Positions 10,452 to 20,220 of a DNA stretch of 64,000 nt are shown here, in pieces. Below the pieces are notes generated by a model. It made no database searches, was not told the origin of the DNA, and worked only from the letters and a program-made list of their open reading frames with translations. The stretch is from a virus. The stretch is taken from positions 64,001-128,000 of IMG/VR virus record IMGVR_UViG_3300047557_002951; one strand, written 5' to 3'. Position numbers and translations under genes: made by a program. Each line of letters starts with the position of its first letter. Position 1 is the first letter of the stretch.

Positions 10452-11758
10452 CTTTTAAATGGTTTCCTACCATAAGAATCTCTCACTAAAGTGAGTTGTG
10501 TATATGTACCATCACGAGGATCCAATTGTTGGGTGAGATTTGCAATCATATAAATTCCACTATTCTTACCACTTACTACTTGAGTTCTATCGGAACTTAA
10601 TTCTGGAAAATCACAATAAATCAAATCACCAGCACGATGAGAGTAGTCTCCTGCTATTACAATATTTAACACAATTGTGAAAAGTTGATTATAGCGACTT
10701 GCCGCCTGAGCGGCAATAAATTCTACATTATAATCTTTCTTTTTGGATTTTTCTTTATCAATTGGCTGTTTAATTCCATAAGGTTGCATCTTACTGATGA
10801 TTCTTGTTGGCTTTCCAATAATATCATCTGGTAAAGATGGGAGGTTAAATCCAGCAAGATTCACTCCTTTTGCTCCTTCACTTTGGGCTAAAAATTCTTT
10901 TTCTGTGTACGCAGTATCAAAATAATTATAAGTTTTCACCTGAGATCCCCAAGCACCAATTGCCATTTTTTGTTGGACATCAATGTTAATCACTGGAGTT
11001 GCTTGTAAGATTTTGCCATCATATCCAACAGGTAATTCTGTAGTATTGTTGTAAATGTATTTTTTATATTCATTTCTTTCGTCGAGTAGCTTTTCGATCG
11101 ATCTAAATTGAAATCCATCATAAGTTTCAAAGAAGAAAAATCCTGCAGATGTTTCAGTTCCACCCTCTGGTATGCATCTTTTACCTAAAGAAGTGCATTT
11201 ATAAAATGGTTTCTCAATATGGGCATTAAAAGGATATTCATTTTCAGTGACTTCAATGTTAAGATCTTTAGGAGTCTTTAAGAAATCTTTAAGTATTCTA
11301 TAAACAGAGTCTGATATTTTTCCTTCAAATGATTCGTCAACTCTAGTTTCTGCAAGTTCATTTTTAAAAAATTCGTTGGTAACTAGATCAATCACAAAAA
11401 CCATATTCTGCGTGTGCTCTATTTTATTTCTGATTCTTCCTATGCGAAATACTTTCTCGTCTGAAAATCTTAGTTGATTTCCATATCCATCTTCAATATG
11501 AAGTTCAACCTTTTCTCCACCAGATAAATCGAGTCCCTCAATTAAACCAACATATTTTCCATCGCCCTCAATTGAATATCCAGTATCGGCAATGGTTGCG
11601 GTTGCTTTGATTTGATTTTCAAGAATACTTTCGTAATAATATAAGTTTACGAAAAGACCTTCCTTCTGCGTGATATCCGCAAACTTTCCATTACGATTCG
11701 AATGGATCCTGAATTTTGTAACATTAAAGTTCGTTACTGCCTGATTATATAATCCCAT
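10448..11758 (-). CDS. Baseplate hub protein (gp27-like)
   Basis: YYESIL...FFFFETYDGFQFRSIE...IAGD...AGDLI...SGIYMIA...LVRDSYG; directly upstream of gp5. Confidence 0.65.
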   Translation of the reverse strand: MGLYNQAVTNFNVTKFRIHSNRNGKFADITQKEGLFVNLYYYESILENQIKATATIADTGYSIEGDGKYVGLIEGLDLSGGEKVELHIEDGYGNQLRFSDEKVFRIGRIRNKIEHTQNMVFVIDLVTNEFFKNELAETRVDESFEGKISDSVYRILKDFLKTPKDLNIEVTENEYPFNAHIEKPFYKCTSLGKRCIPEGGTETSAGFFFFETYDGFQFRSIEKLLDERNEYKKYIYNNTTELPVGYDGKILQATPVINIDVQQKMAIGAWGSQVKTYNYFDTAYTEKEFLAQSEGAKGVNLAGFNLPSLPDDIIGKPTRIISKMQPYGIKQPIDKEKSKKKDYNVEFIAAQAASRYNQLFTIVLNIVIAGDYSHRAGDLIYCDFPELSSDRTQVVSGKNSGIYMIANLTQQLDPRDGTYTQLTLVRDSYGRKPFKR

Positions 11759-14700
11759 TATGCGTTGGCTAATGTTGCTTGAGTTTGATTAACTGATTGT
11801 GTGCTTGCTATATTATTTACTATACCACCACCAGTTGGAACTGGAGTTAGTTGCGGTGTGGAAATTAGTTGCCTAGCTATTATAGTTTCTTTGATTCCCC
11901 CATAAATAATTTCTTGGTTTAATCCAGAAGCACTGTTTGGTAAGGTTGATGGTGCTAGTGATGCCTTTTCATATTGTCCAGTTTTCGGATTTAATTTTAA
12001 TCCAGAATGTCTTTTAAGATCCAAAGATGGTCTAGTTAGATTAGTTCTAACCTGAGCAGGTGGTGGCGATGATGGACGAGTATCTGGTTTCGGAGTTGGG
12101 GTTGGCCGATTACTAAGATTACTTCCAGTTTTTGCGGAATTAATAATTTCTCTTGATAATCCTTGCCATCTTGAATATTTTACATTTTTATTAGGTTCAT
12201 AAAAATCTATACTAGCATGTTGACCTGTTATATTTCCAATTCCAGGTTCCCCAGGTTTTCCCATCCTACCTAAAACTTGGCCAGTATTTACTTGTTGTCC
12301 TGGGGCTACTGATATTCCACCATCAGGGAAGTGAGAATATAAAACATCTACTTTTTTCCCATTTACTGGATCAATAGATTCAACTACTACAACATTTCCA
12401 TATCCAGATCCATATAGTTTCCCCACTTCTTTCACTTTTCCTGGGAGAATTGCAATATTATTATTTCCTTTCCAAGTAACATCAAATCCAGGTTCTCCGG
12501 ATTCATCAACAACTCCTTTTATATAATCAGCTTTTGGTATTCTTCCGTGAGATAATGTTACTCTATATTTCTCTAGTGATTGTTGATATCTACTCAAGTA
12601 ACCTGAAGTATGGACATTTGGTTGACTGCCACCTGGCAATGATGGATAAACTCCTTTTAATTTGTTTGCTAAGATCATTGGATCTTTTCTTGCATCTTGT
12701 ATTAACTGCGCTTCACCTCCAGGATAAATTCCGGCTATATAAGCTCTCGCAATTTTTGTTTGATTTTCTTCATTAAATTTATCTCTTTCATAATTGAGTC
12801 CAGCAGCTTCAGCTCTTTGTTTTAATACATTAACTCCATTGTATACGGGCAATTGCTGAAACTTCCCTAATGCGCCACTTCCAGCAATTGCTCTTTGATT
12901 CATTCCAACTTCTCTCGCTTGAGCAATGGTCATATTTCTAAGACCAGTAACTACCTTACCAGGATTGACAGAATCCCACCCACCTTCAGCTCCGGCAATG
13001 GCTTCTAATGCAGCTTTTACTTCTGGCGGCGCATCTCCGGGTAACATTCCTCCACCAGCTCCGCCCCCACCACCATCAGGTGCCCCACCACCAGGGGCCA
13101 TATAATCTTCTTTGGTAAATTGCTGACGAATTGATTGTAGTGTTTGATTGACCTGACTATTAACCATAGCCTCAAGAGCTTTACCAATACTTTCACCAAT
13201 CTTCATCCCAATATTTTCATTGGTTGACAGTGTTCTTGGTACCATACCACCAGCAGCAAGTCCAACTATTTGATTTTGAATACCTGCAATTGTTCCATTC
13301 GTTTCTGCATCGATTGCATTCTGAATCAAATGTCCGAATCCAGTTCCAATTCTTTTGAATGTAGTTGGATCTGGTCTTTGTCCCATTGTCGAATCTATAG
13401 CAGCACCCATAATGCCACCGATCAACGGAACTCGTTCTTTATAATTTTTGGAAGCATTTTCTAATGTCCCAAGTGGATTCTTTTGTCTAGGATTCGTAGG
13501 AGATGTGAATAATTTTTTGATCTCTTCTCTTCCACCGACATCTTTTCCTGGTATTGTTTTTTGTGGTTTAATTTTTGTTGGTTTGGGTCTTGTTCGCTTA
13601 ATGGTTCTTTTGATTGGAGCAGAAACTCTTTTTCCACCTCTGGTAGCTTGGCCACCTTGAGCTTTTGCCTTAAGTTTATCGCCACCAACCAAAGAATCAT
13701 AAAGTGCTCCACCAACAATATCACCAAGAATACCACCAAGAATAGTTCCAGCAAATGGAACTGGAACAAATGTTCCTAGAGCAGAACCAATTGTAGCACC
13801 AACTGCCTTTGCTGCTGCTCTTCCTGGTTTCTCTTTGAATATAACTGTACTGATAATAAAATCAACAAGACCACCAATAATTGGAACTTTTCCAAGTGCC
13901 TTACCAGCAAGTCTTCCGGCAAATCTACTAGGAGCTTTTCCGGTTAATCCAGTAAAACTTCTTTTTCCAAACTTTTTAATATAAGCATCTTGTCCATATT
14001 GATTCAGATATCTTGCCTGTGCTCTTTTACTGACTCTCTGTCCAGTTTGTTTGTCAACTCCTAGTCTTTCTTTTTTTCCGCCCCCACCACTAAAATCTGC
14101 ACTACCAGCAGCAGTCATTCCAGCAATAATAGCTAGATTTGCAAAGGTATTAAATTGTTTGTCGAATTCTTGTAATCTCTTTTCGGTATCATCTCCACTG
14201 ATACCTACAATAATTTCCTTAACTTTATCGTATGCCTTGTATCCAAATCCAACAAAATCCACAAAACCATTTAAAATATTTCCAGTAATATTCTCAAAGG
14301 TTGTAAATGCTGGACCTAAATTTTTAAGTAATCCCAATACTTGTGGAATGTGCTTTCCAAATTTTGTAAATGCAGCACCAAGTACAGTGTAGAAAAGGAA
14401 CTGTTTGATTCTATCCAAAAATCCCATCTTGGGAAATTCTGTTGGTTTAAAATCTGGAATCAGTTTGTTTTTCTTTTCTTCTGATTTCAGTTCTTTCTCT
14501 TGAAATTTTTGTTGCTCTTGTTCTTTTCTTTGTCTTTCTTCTGATTTTTTTAATAATGAATTATTACCTTTAACAAGCTTTAGAATCAATAGAAGATTTC
14601 TTCTAATCTCTATGACTTCTGACAATAAAGTTTTCTTTGGTTGGGTTTCATTTTCTTCTGGTTTGACATCGGAAGGATTAATATTTGGTGTTGATCCAGA

Positions 14701-14796
14701 AGAAACACCAGAAGAAACAGAAACTCTCTGAGAAGATAAGCCTCTATTTTCGGTTCTATTTTGTGGTATAAATTTATTTGTGTCTATTTTTGCCAT
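11758..14796 (-). CDS. Tape-measure-like protein with lysozyme-like and M23 peptidase domains
   Basis: Coiled coil plus Gly/Ala hydrophobic repeats; ALEAIAGAEG...ALGKFQ lysozyme-like domain; GYGNVVVV...LYSH...V.PGQQV..GQVLG.MG..G..TGQH M23 signature. Confidence 0.75.
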   Translation of the reverse strand: MAKIDTNKFIPQNRTENRGLSSQRVSVSSGVSSGSTPNINPSDVKPEENETQPKKTLLSEVIEIRRNLLLILKLVKGNNSLLKKSEERQRKEQEQQKFQEKELKSEEKKNKLIPDFKPTEFPKMGFLDRIKQFLFYTVLGAAFTKFGKHIPQVLGLLKNLGPAFTTFENITGNILNGFVDFVGFGYKAYDKVKEIIVGISGDDTEKRLQEFDKQFNTFANLAIIAGMTAAGSADFSGGGGKKERLGVDKQTGQRVSKRAQARYLNQYGQDAYIKKFGKRSFTGLTGKAPSRFAGRLAGKALGKVPIIGGLVDFIISTVIFKEKPGRAAAKAVGATIGSALGTFVPVPFAGTILGGILGDIVGGALYDSLVGGDKLKAKAQGGQATRGGKRVSAPIKRTIKRTRPKPTKIKPQKTIPGKDVGGREEIKKLFTSPTNPRQKNPLGTLENASKNYKERVPLIGGIMGAAIDSTMGQRPDPTTFKRIGTGFGHLIQNAIDAETNGTIAGIQNQIVGLAAGGMVPRTLSTNENIGMKIGESIGKALEAMVNSQVNQTLQSIRQQFTKEDYMAPGGGAPDGGGGGAGGGMLPGDAPPEVKAALEAIAGAEGGWDSVNPGKVVTGLRNMTIAQAREVGMNQRAIAGSGALGKFQQLPVYNGVNVLKQRAEAAGLNYERDKFNEENQTKIARAYIAGIYPGGEAQLIQDARKDPMILANKLKGVYPSLPGGSQPNVHTSGYLSRYQQSLEKYRVTLSHGRIPKADYIKGVVDESGEPGFDVTWKGNNNIAILPGKVKEVGKLYGSGYGNVVVVESIDPVNGKKVDVLYSHFPDGGISVAPGQQVNTGQVLGRMGKPGEPGIGNITGQHASIDFYEPNKNVKYSRWQGLSREIINSAKTGSNLSNRPTPTPKPDTRPSSPPPAQVRTNLTRPSLDLKRHSGLKLNPKTGQYEKASLAPSTLPNSASGLNQEIIYGGIKETIIARQLISTPQLTPVPTGGGIVNNIASTQSVNQTQATLANA

Positions 14797-17276
14797 CAGC
14801 CTAGACCATAGATAGAAGCATTAATTGAAGCTTGAGTAGAGTCTGGTGGTACAAATTGTGGAATTTTTGTGCCGCCAGAAGAAGCAACTTGTTGATTTGC
14901 TTGTTGTGTAATTGGCGGTAAATCAACAAATGATATTTTTTGATTTGCTGTTGGGGGTCCTGGTAGTTGCATTTTTGCTTGTGGTGCAAGTTGTAAACTT
15001 TCTTTATAAACTTGTTGTAGTAATTCAGGTTTTTTTACTGGTTGATTGTAGTAACTCTTACCTTCTAAGTTTGGTAATGAACTCCATTCTCCCGCAACTG
15101 AATTTAAAATTCCTCGACTAAGACCTTGTGTTTTCAGTTGAGATAAAGTAACTCCTCTTCTTTTTGCTAATTCCCAGGCAGCACGGTCCTGAGTTTCTGG
15201 TGTCATTTTATCGGATGGCTTTAATACATTCATCACCATTAACTGTTTTAAAGTATTAGGCATAAATTGGTATGCACCAGATGCTCTAGATCTACCACTT
15301 GGCCAAGGTGCTCTTCCTCCACCAAGTCTTTTTGGTAGCATATCAGACATCTGCATATTAATTAATTCTTTCACTGTCATTTGACGAATTGGAACTTCCG
15401 CCCCACCATAAATGGTATCATAAGAATTTTTAGATTTTATAGTTCCTTCCGCAACTTTAAGTGATCTCAAGAATGCCTGAACTTCTCTAGATTTATACTC
15501 ATAATTTGGTGCTGGGCCATGCCATGATGGCTTAATAGTTGTTTGTGGAGTTGGATTTTTGGAACCAAATAATCTTCCAATACCTCGCATCATTCCACCG
15601 ATCATACCACCACCTTGTGCCATCTGAACATTATTGACGAATTTGGGAATGTTGGTTCCTCCCCCCATCTTATTCATCGCCAGAAGCCTATCTGCGCCCC
15701 AGTAGTCCACTGCTTTCTTGCTGAACACCACTTCACCTGGCTGTAGCACTGTTGCCTGTGTATCGGCTCCAGCTCCGGTTACAGTGAGTCCTGTACTATC
15801 ATCCACAAAGCCACCTTCAAATGGCTGCAGATAAGTTTGCTGCCCGCCTCCCGTAAATGCCCTAGCAAGTGGAATTAATCCTCCACCTTTAAATGCTGGA
15901 ATACCTCTAGAAGATGTAGTGTCAAGCATACTCTTCTGTGGACTTGGTGATTTTCCGTAATTTGGATCTGCACTTTGCAATTCTTGATCTTGCTTTTGTG
16001 TTCTAGATTGCATATACATCCCAACACCAGCCGCAGCACCAGCAGCACCAATTGCTATCGCTGTTTTAGGATACTTTGCAATTAATTTCATTAATCCAGG
16101 AATAGCAAACTTTGATAGTCTTAATGTAAGTTTTGCTACCATTCCAATAAATGCACGAACAAATTTACCAAATGGAGTGGTAAATAAGACGATGGCACCC
16201 ATCAATGCTGGCCACCAATCCTTCAAGAACTTTTTGAGGGTCTCAACTCGTTCTTTATTCTGTGGATTATTCAGCCATTTCACAAAGTTTACAAATGCCT
16301 TTCCAAGTAAAGTAAAGACAATAAATCTTATGATCTTGTCGAGAATCCCCTGAACTGGAGCAAGAAGACCAGCAGCAGCAGATGCAACTTTACCAATTCC
16401 AGTTTCTAGTGACTCTTCTCTCTTTTGTCTTCTTAAGACTTCAGCTTGTTTTCTTTCGGAATCTTCTCGTTTTTTATCTAACTTACTTCTTTCCGTTAGT
16501 ATTTCGAGTATTTTTGATACTGATCTGTTGATTGATACTACATGCTTTAGTAAATCGTCGGATTTTTGTTGCTCTGGTTTTGGTTGTTCAGTTACAAGGC
16601 TTTCTGGCTGTACTCTTGCTCTTGGTGCTGATGTTACTGCCCTGACATTTGTAGCATTAATTTTTCCAGATTTTTTTAGTTTAAATTTTCCTACTTTATC
16701 TTTTACGCGATACAATTCTTTTTGTAAGATTTTAAGATGTTTTTTCGGTATCTTTTTTCCATTTGACCAAGATCCTTCTAACAGGCTTTGTGAAATCAGA
16801 TCCCTATAATCTTCGTAGTCTCCTTCGGAGACATCATCCATTCCAATAAGTTTTAGTAAGTCTGGATCAATTTCCTCATCTACTAAATCGCCGCCACGAG
16901 TGCCTTCGTATATTGGTTCACTAGTGGGCGTTGTTGGCTCTTCTCTTTTATTTTTAATAGAATCTTCTAGGCTAGGAATATCTGGTTCATTCTTAAGATA
17001 TTGCTCGACCAGCCATTCTTGATACTTTTTATTTTCTTCTTCGAATTTTTTTGATTTTTCTTCTTCAAACAGTGGGAATCCACGAGAATCTTTTTTTATG
17101 TTTCTGATAATTGTATCAGCTTCTTTATCACTTAATCTGACTTCAGAATAATATGATTTACCGTCAGGTTGCTTTTTGCCAGTAAGTTTCGCCTTCAGTA
17201 TAATCCAGGTTTTTTCGCTAACCTGATTAAATGTGAACCATTTTACTGGTAATCCTGACGGTATGCCAATTTGCAT
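14796..17276 (-). CDS. Tape-measure-like protein with lambda-type muramidase (GH104-like) domain
   Basis: AFLRSLKVAEGT...YDTIYGG...ASGAYQFMP.T...QDRAA...EWSSLP...YYNQP. Confidence 0.75.
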   Translation of the reverse strand: MQIGIPSGLPVKWFTFNQVSEKTWIILKAKLTGKKQPDGKSYYSEVRLSDKEADTIIRNIKKDSRGFPLFEEEKSKKFEEENKKYQEWLVEQYLKNEPDIPSLEDSIKNKREEPTTPTSEPIYEGTRGGDLVDEEIDPDLLKLIGMDDVSEGDYEDYRDLISQSLLEGSWSNGKKIPKKHLKILQKELYRVKDKVGKFKLKKSGKINATNVRAVTSAPRARVQPESLVTEQPKPEQQKSDDLLKHVVSINRSVSKILEILTERSKLDKKREDSERKQAEVLRRQKREESLETGIGKVASAAAGLLAPVQGILDKIIRFIVFTLLGKAFVNFVKWLNNPQNKERVETLKKFLKDWWPALMGAIVLFTTPFGKFVRAFIGMVAKLTLRLSKFAIPGLMKLIAKYPKTAIAIGAAGAAAGVGMYMQSRTQKQDQELQSADPNYGKSPSPQKSMLDTTSSRGIPAFKGGGLIPLARAFTGGGQQTYLQPFEGGFVDDSTGLTVTGAGADTQATVLQPGEVVFSKKAVDYWGADRLLAMNKMGGGTNIPKFVNNVQMAQGGGMIGGMMRGIGRLFGSKNPTPQTTIKPSWHGPAPNYEYKSREVQAFLRSLKVAEGTIKSKNSYDTIYGGAEVPIRQMTVKELINMQMSDMLPKRLGGGRAPWPSGRSRASGAYQFMPNTLKQLMVMNVLKPSDKMTPETQDRAAWELAKRRGVTLSQLKTQGLSRGILNSVAGEWSSLPNLEGKSYYNQPVKKPELLQQVYKESLQLAPQAKMQLPGPPTANQKISFVDLPPITQQANQQVASSGGTKIPQFVPPDSTQASINASIYGLG

Positions 17277-17277
17277 T

Positions 17278-17436
17278 TTATTGTTGCTGTTTTAGTTTTT
17301 CTTCTTCTAAATGATTCTTCAATAAAGTTACATAAACATCTCTCTCCCAAGGGATCCACGCTTCAATCTCAGTCAAAGAATATTTATGATATTGCATCAA
17401 GGAGAAATTGAGCTGATAATAATTCTCCAGATCCAT
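17278..17436 (-). CDS. gp51: Baseplate hub assembly catalyst gp51
   Basis: Missed by ORF track: MDLENYYQLNFSLMQYHKYSLTEIEAWIPWERDVYVTLLKNHLEEEKLKQQQ; directly after gp26. Confidence 0.88.
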   Translation of the reverse strand: MDLENYYQLNFSLMQYHKYSLTEIEAWIPWERDVYVTLLKNHLEEEKLKQQQ

Positions 17437-17447
17437 ATGAGAAAGAC

Positions 17448-18167
17448 TTATACGAAAAAAGATGTTAATCCCTCAATTGTTACTTCACTTTCGACCTTTG
17501 TTTTTGGATTTTTGATTTTAATTGTATGAGATAGTTTTGGCATGGTTTCAAAAAATTTCTCAATTAATTTAAACTGAGAAGAATTCATTTGATCTAGGAA
17601 TTCTTGTAATTCTTTTTTTGTCACATCAGAAGTTGACCATACTTCATCTTCGGTATAAATTTTATCAATACAAGACCCAATTAAATCAAATGCCTGCTCC
17701 ATATCATCAGCAGAATTGAGATCAAAATTATTTTTAATAAATTGATCCAATGATGGATATTTCATCTCCAGATATATCTTATCATCAAGTTTAATTTTTT
17801 TATCGTGCCCATCAAATTTCTGGACTTCGATTTCATCAATGTTGATTTTTACTGGAACTGTAGTTTCTTCGTCATCTGGACAAATCACATTAACTTCAAT
17901 GTCTTCTCCAACTGATTTTCCACGAATGTTAAGGAATAGATATTCGATATCAAATGTCGGAAGAGTTTCTACTTTGATTCCTCTTGTTTCGATGCAATTC
18001 TTTAGTACAGTTTTGATTGCTTCGGTGATTTGTCTTGAATCTTCGCTTTCTAGTGCCAAGACAAGTAGCTTTTCTTCTCGGACTAAAAATGGTCTATATT
18101 TTATTTCTTTTCCAGTTGATGGTAAAGTTAGATGATAAGTTGGCGCAGAAATCTTTGGTAATGGCAT
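17448..18167 (-). CDS. gp26: Baseplate hub subunit gp26
   Basis: MPLPKI..PTY.LTLPSTGKEIKYRPFLVREEK...FDIEYLFLNIRGKSVGE. Confidence 0.92.
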   Translation of the reverse strand: MPLPKISAPTYHLTLPSTGKEIKYRPFLVREEKLLVLALESEDSRQITEAIKTVLKNCIETRGIKVETLPTFDIEYLFLNIRGKSVGEDIEVNVICPDDEETTVPVKINIDEIEVQKFDGHDKKIKLDDKIYLEMKYPSLDQFIKNNFDLNSADDMEQAFDLIGSCIDKIYTEDEVWSTSDVTKKELQEFLDQMNSSQFKLIEKFFETMPKLSHTIKIKNPKTKVESEVTIEGLTSFFV

Positions 18168-18202
18168 AATGTTCTTATGATCGAGTCATTGTGATTATTT
18201 AT

Positions 18203-19048
18203 TTAACTGGTTGGAGCCGGAGGAGCCTCAGGCCTGCCAGTGTTTGGATTAACTGGAACGCCATTAATTGTTGGCGGAAACGGAGCTTCTGGAATTCCAT
18301 TAGGTGTAGTTGGCTCCTCTGGATCATTTACAAATTGCGCATAATCTTTAGACAATACATAACGACTATAAGTAAATGAAACAGTACATTTCAATAGTTG
18401 TGAGGTATCATAAGATACAGGCATTGTCGTAATACTGATCGGATATGCATTGATAAATTGATAAGTTAGTGGTCTTCCCTTGTCAGGTTCTTTTTTTTGT
18501 GCTGGCTCAGACGAATCATAATCTCGTTCAAATTTTGTGATGAATAAATTATCTGTCTTATAATCGTCTGGGAAGTTGACTCTATAATTATAATTTCTGC
18601 TTACCTGTGGTGGTTGGTTTCGATTTGTTGCGGTTAATAAATTTTCTCCGACAACATAAGAAATCCAATTTTCAAAAAAGTCAATCACAAAATAATTACT
18701 ATCGACAATAAAAGTAAAGTCTGCGCGATCATCATATGATCTACGATATGCATGTCTTTCTGTGACTCCAGTGTAATCATTATTAATTTCATGCGTCATC
18801 ACAGATGATCCAGGCAATGATGCATCCGAACAAGAAAGTCTAATTAATTCTTGCGTATTTCCTTGATATTGCCCGCCTTTAAATCCAGCGTCAAATCTTT
18901 CCCGAAGAAATTGTTGAACCTTACTGCCACCATTAGCTAGATTGCCTGGCGGTAAAAACTCACAAATAAAATTTGATGTCAAAGCAGGTTGCAATAACTT
19001 GCTCTTAATTGCAGACATCTTGTATGGTTTTATTCCTGGGCCTGCCAT
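18203..19048 (-). CDS. Tail tube initiator / tail tube-like protein (gp54/gp19 family)
   Basis: CSDASLPG...RSYDD..FTF.VD...FFENW...YQFINAYPISI...TVSFTY. Confidence 0.7.
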   Translation of the reverse strand: MAGPGIKPYKMSAIKSKLLQPALTSNFICEFLPPGNLANGGSKVQQFLRERFDAGFKGGQYQGNTQELIRLSCSDASLPGSSVMTHEINNDYTGVTERHAYRRSYDDRADFTFIVDSNYFVIDFFENWISYVVGENLLTATNRNQPPQVSRNYNYRVNFPDDYKTDNLFITKFERDYDSSEPAQKKEPDKGRPLTYQFINAYPISITTMPVSYDTSQLLKCTVSFTYSRYVLSKDYAQFVNDPEEPTTPNGIPEAPFPPTINGVPVNPNTGRPEAPPAPTS

Positions 19049-19086
19049 TGATAAATAACTTTACTGCATATAATATTTAGGAATAG

Positions 19087-19533
19087 ATGGGGAATAAAAA
19101 TTTCATTCAGGGATATTTTCACCCACAAAATCCGAAGAAATATATTGGGAACACAGAGAATATTGTTTATAGAAGTTCCTGGGAACTACGATTTATGAAT
19201 TGGTGTGATTTGAACGAAAGTGTCATCGCTTATGGATCTGAAGAGTTTTTTATTCCTTATCGCTCTCCAATGGATAATAAAATTCACAGATATTTTCCTG
19301 ACTATATCATAAAAATCAAACAGCAGTCTGGAGAATTAAAGACTTATGTGATTGAAGTTAAGCCAAAAAAGCAAACTGCCCCACCAAAACAACCAAAAAG
19401 AAAAACCAAAAATTGGTTGTATGAAATGAAGACTTATAGTGTGAATCAAGCAAAGTGGGCAGCCGCAGATGAATGGTGCAGAGGTAGAGGAATGGAATTC
19501 AAGGTGATTACAGAAAAAGAACTTGGGTTATAA
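19087..19533 (+). CDS. gp4: Head completion nuclease gp4
   Basis: PQNPKKYIG....IVYRSSWE...HRYFPD...IEVKPKKQT...NQAKW..A..WC...F.VITEKEL. Confidence 0.92.
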   Translation: MGNKNFIQGYFHPQNPKKYIGNTENIVYRSSWELRFMNWCDLNESVIAYGSEEFFIPYRSPMDNKIHRYFPDYIIKIKQQSGELKTYVIEVKPKKQTAPPKQPKRKTKNWLYEMKTYSVNQAKWAAADEWCRGRGMEFKVITEKELGL

Positions 19534-19535
19534 AA

Positions 19536-20144
19536 ATGTTTAAACCATTAGACAATCAGGCTCGTAGGCTCTGGAAAGTATTTGGAACAATCAGAACTTG
19601 GTTTTCAACTCTGACAAAATCATCAGAACGAAAACTAAAAAGAGAAGAAGAAGAAATAAAATTTGAGGAACAAAAACTTCAAAGAGAAGCTCCTAGATCT
19701 TATGTTCAAGATCAACTCAGAGATAGGAAAAGAAGATTACAACAGCAGCAAGATGAGTTCTACAGCTTTAAAAATTTAATTGATAGTTTACCAAAAAATC
19801 AATCACCAAATTTTTATTTCAATGCCCTAATTGGCATTTTGTCTAGACTTGGTAGAACAGAAGAAACGATGGAAACTGGTAAAATCTATACCTTCAAGTA
19901 TATCGCAAAAACAAAAGGACAATGGTATGATGTTCACCCAGTGAGCTTAATCGTGAAGGAAGGTAGACAATATTGGAAAGGAGTTAATTATCATTGGGAA
20001 CGGCACCCAGAATATATTCAGAGTCCAATAAGAACTTATGCGTATGAAGGAATGCAGTCGATGTTTTATTATATTAAACCTCAGGAACTAGAATATGTTT
20101 TACGAATTCCTTCATTTTTTCCAGTGTTCATTTCTGGAAGATAA
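19536..20144 (+). CDS. gp2: DNA end protector gp2-like
   Basis: GKIYTFKYIAKTKGQWYDVHP...GVNYHW; lies between gp4 and gp48. Confidence 0.6.
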   Translation: MFKPLDNQARRLWKVFGTIRTWFSTLTKSSERKLKREEEEIKFEEQKLQREAPRSYVQDQLRDRKRRLQQQQDEFYSFKNLIDSLPKNQSPNFYFNALIGILSRLGRTEETMETGKIYTFKYIAKTKGQWYDVHPVSLIVKEGRQYWKGVNYHWERHPEYIQSPIRTYAYEGMQSMFYYIKPQELEYVLRIPSFFPVFISGR

Positions 20145-20220
20145 ATAGATAAAAAACGATAATGTCTCATACTCTACAAAAAATTGAGATGGTTGTGTCC
20201 CTTATGTGGGGGTGGTTCTG

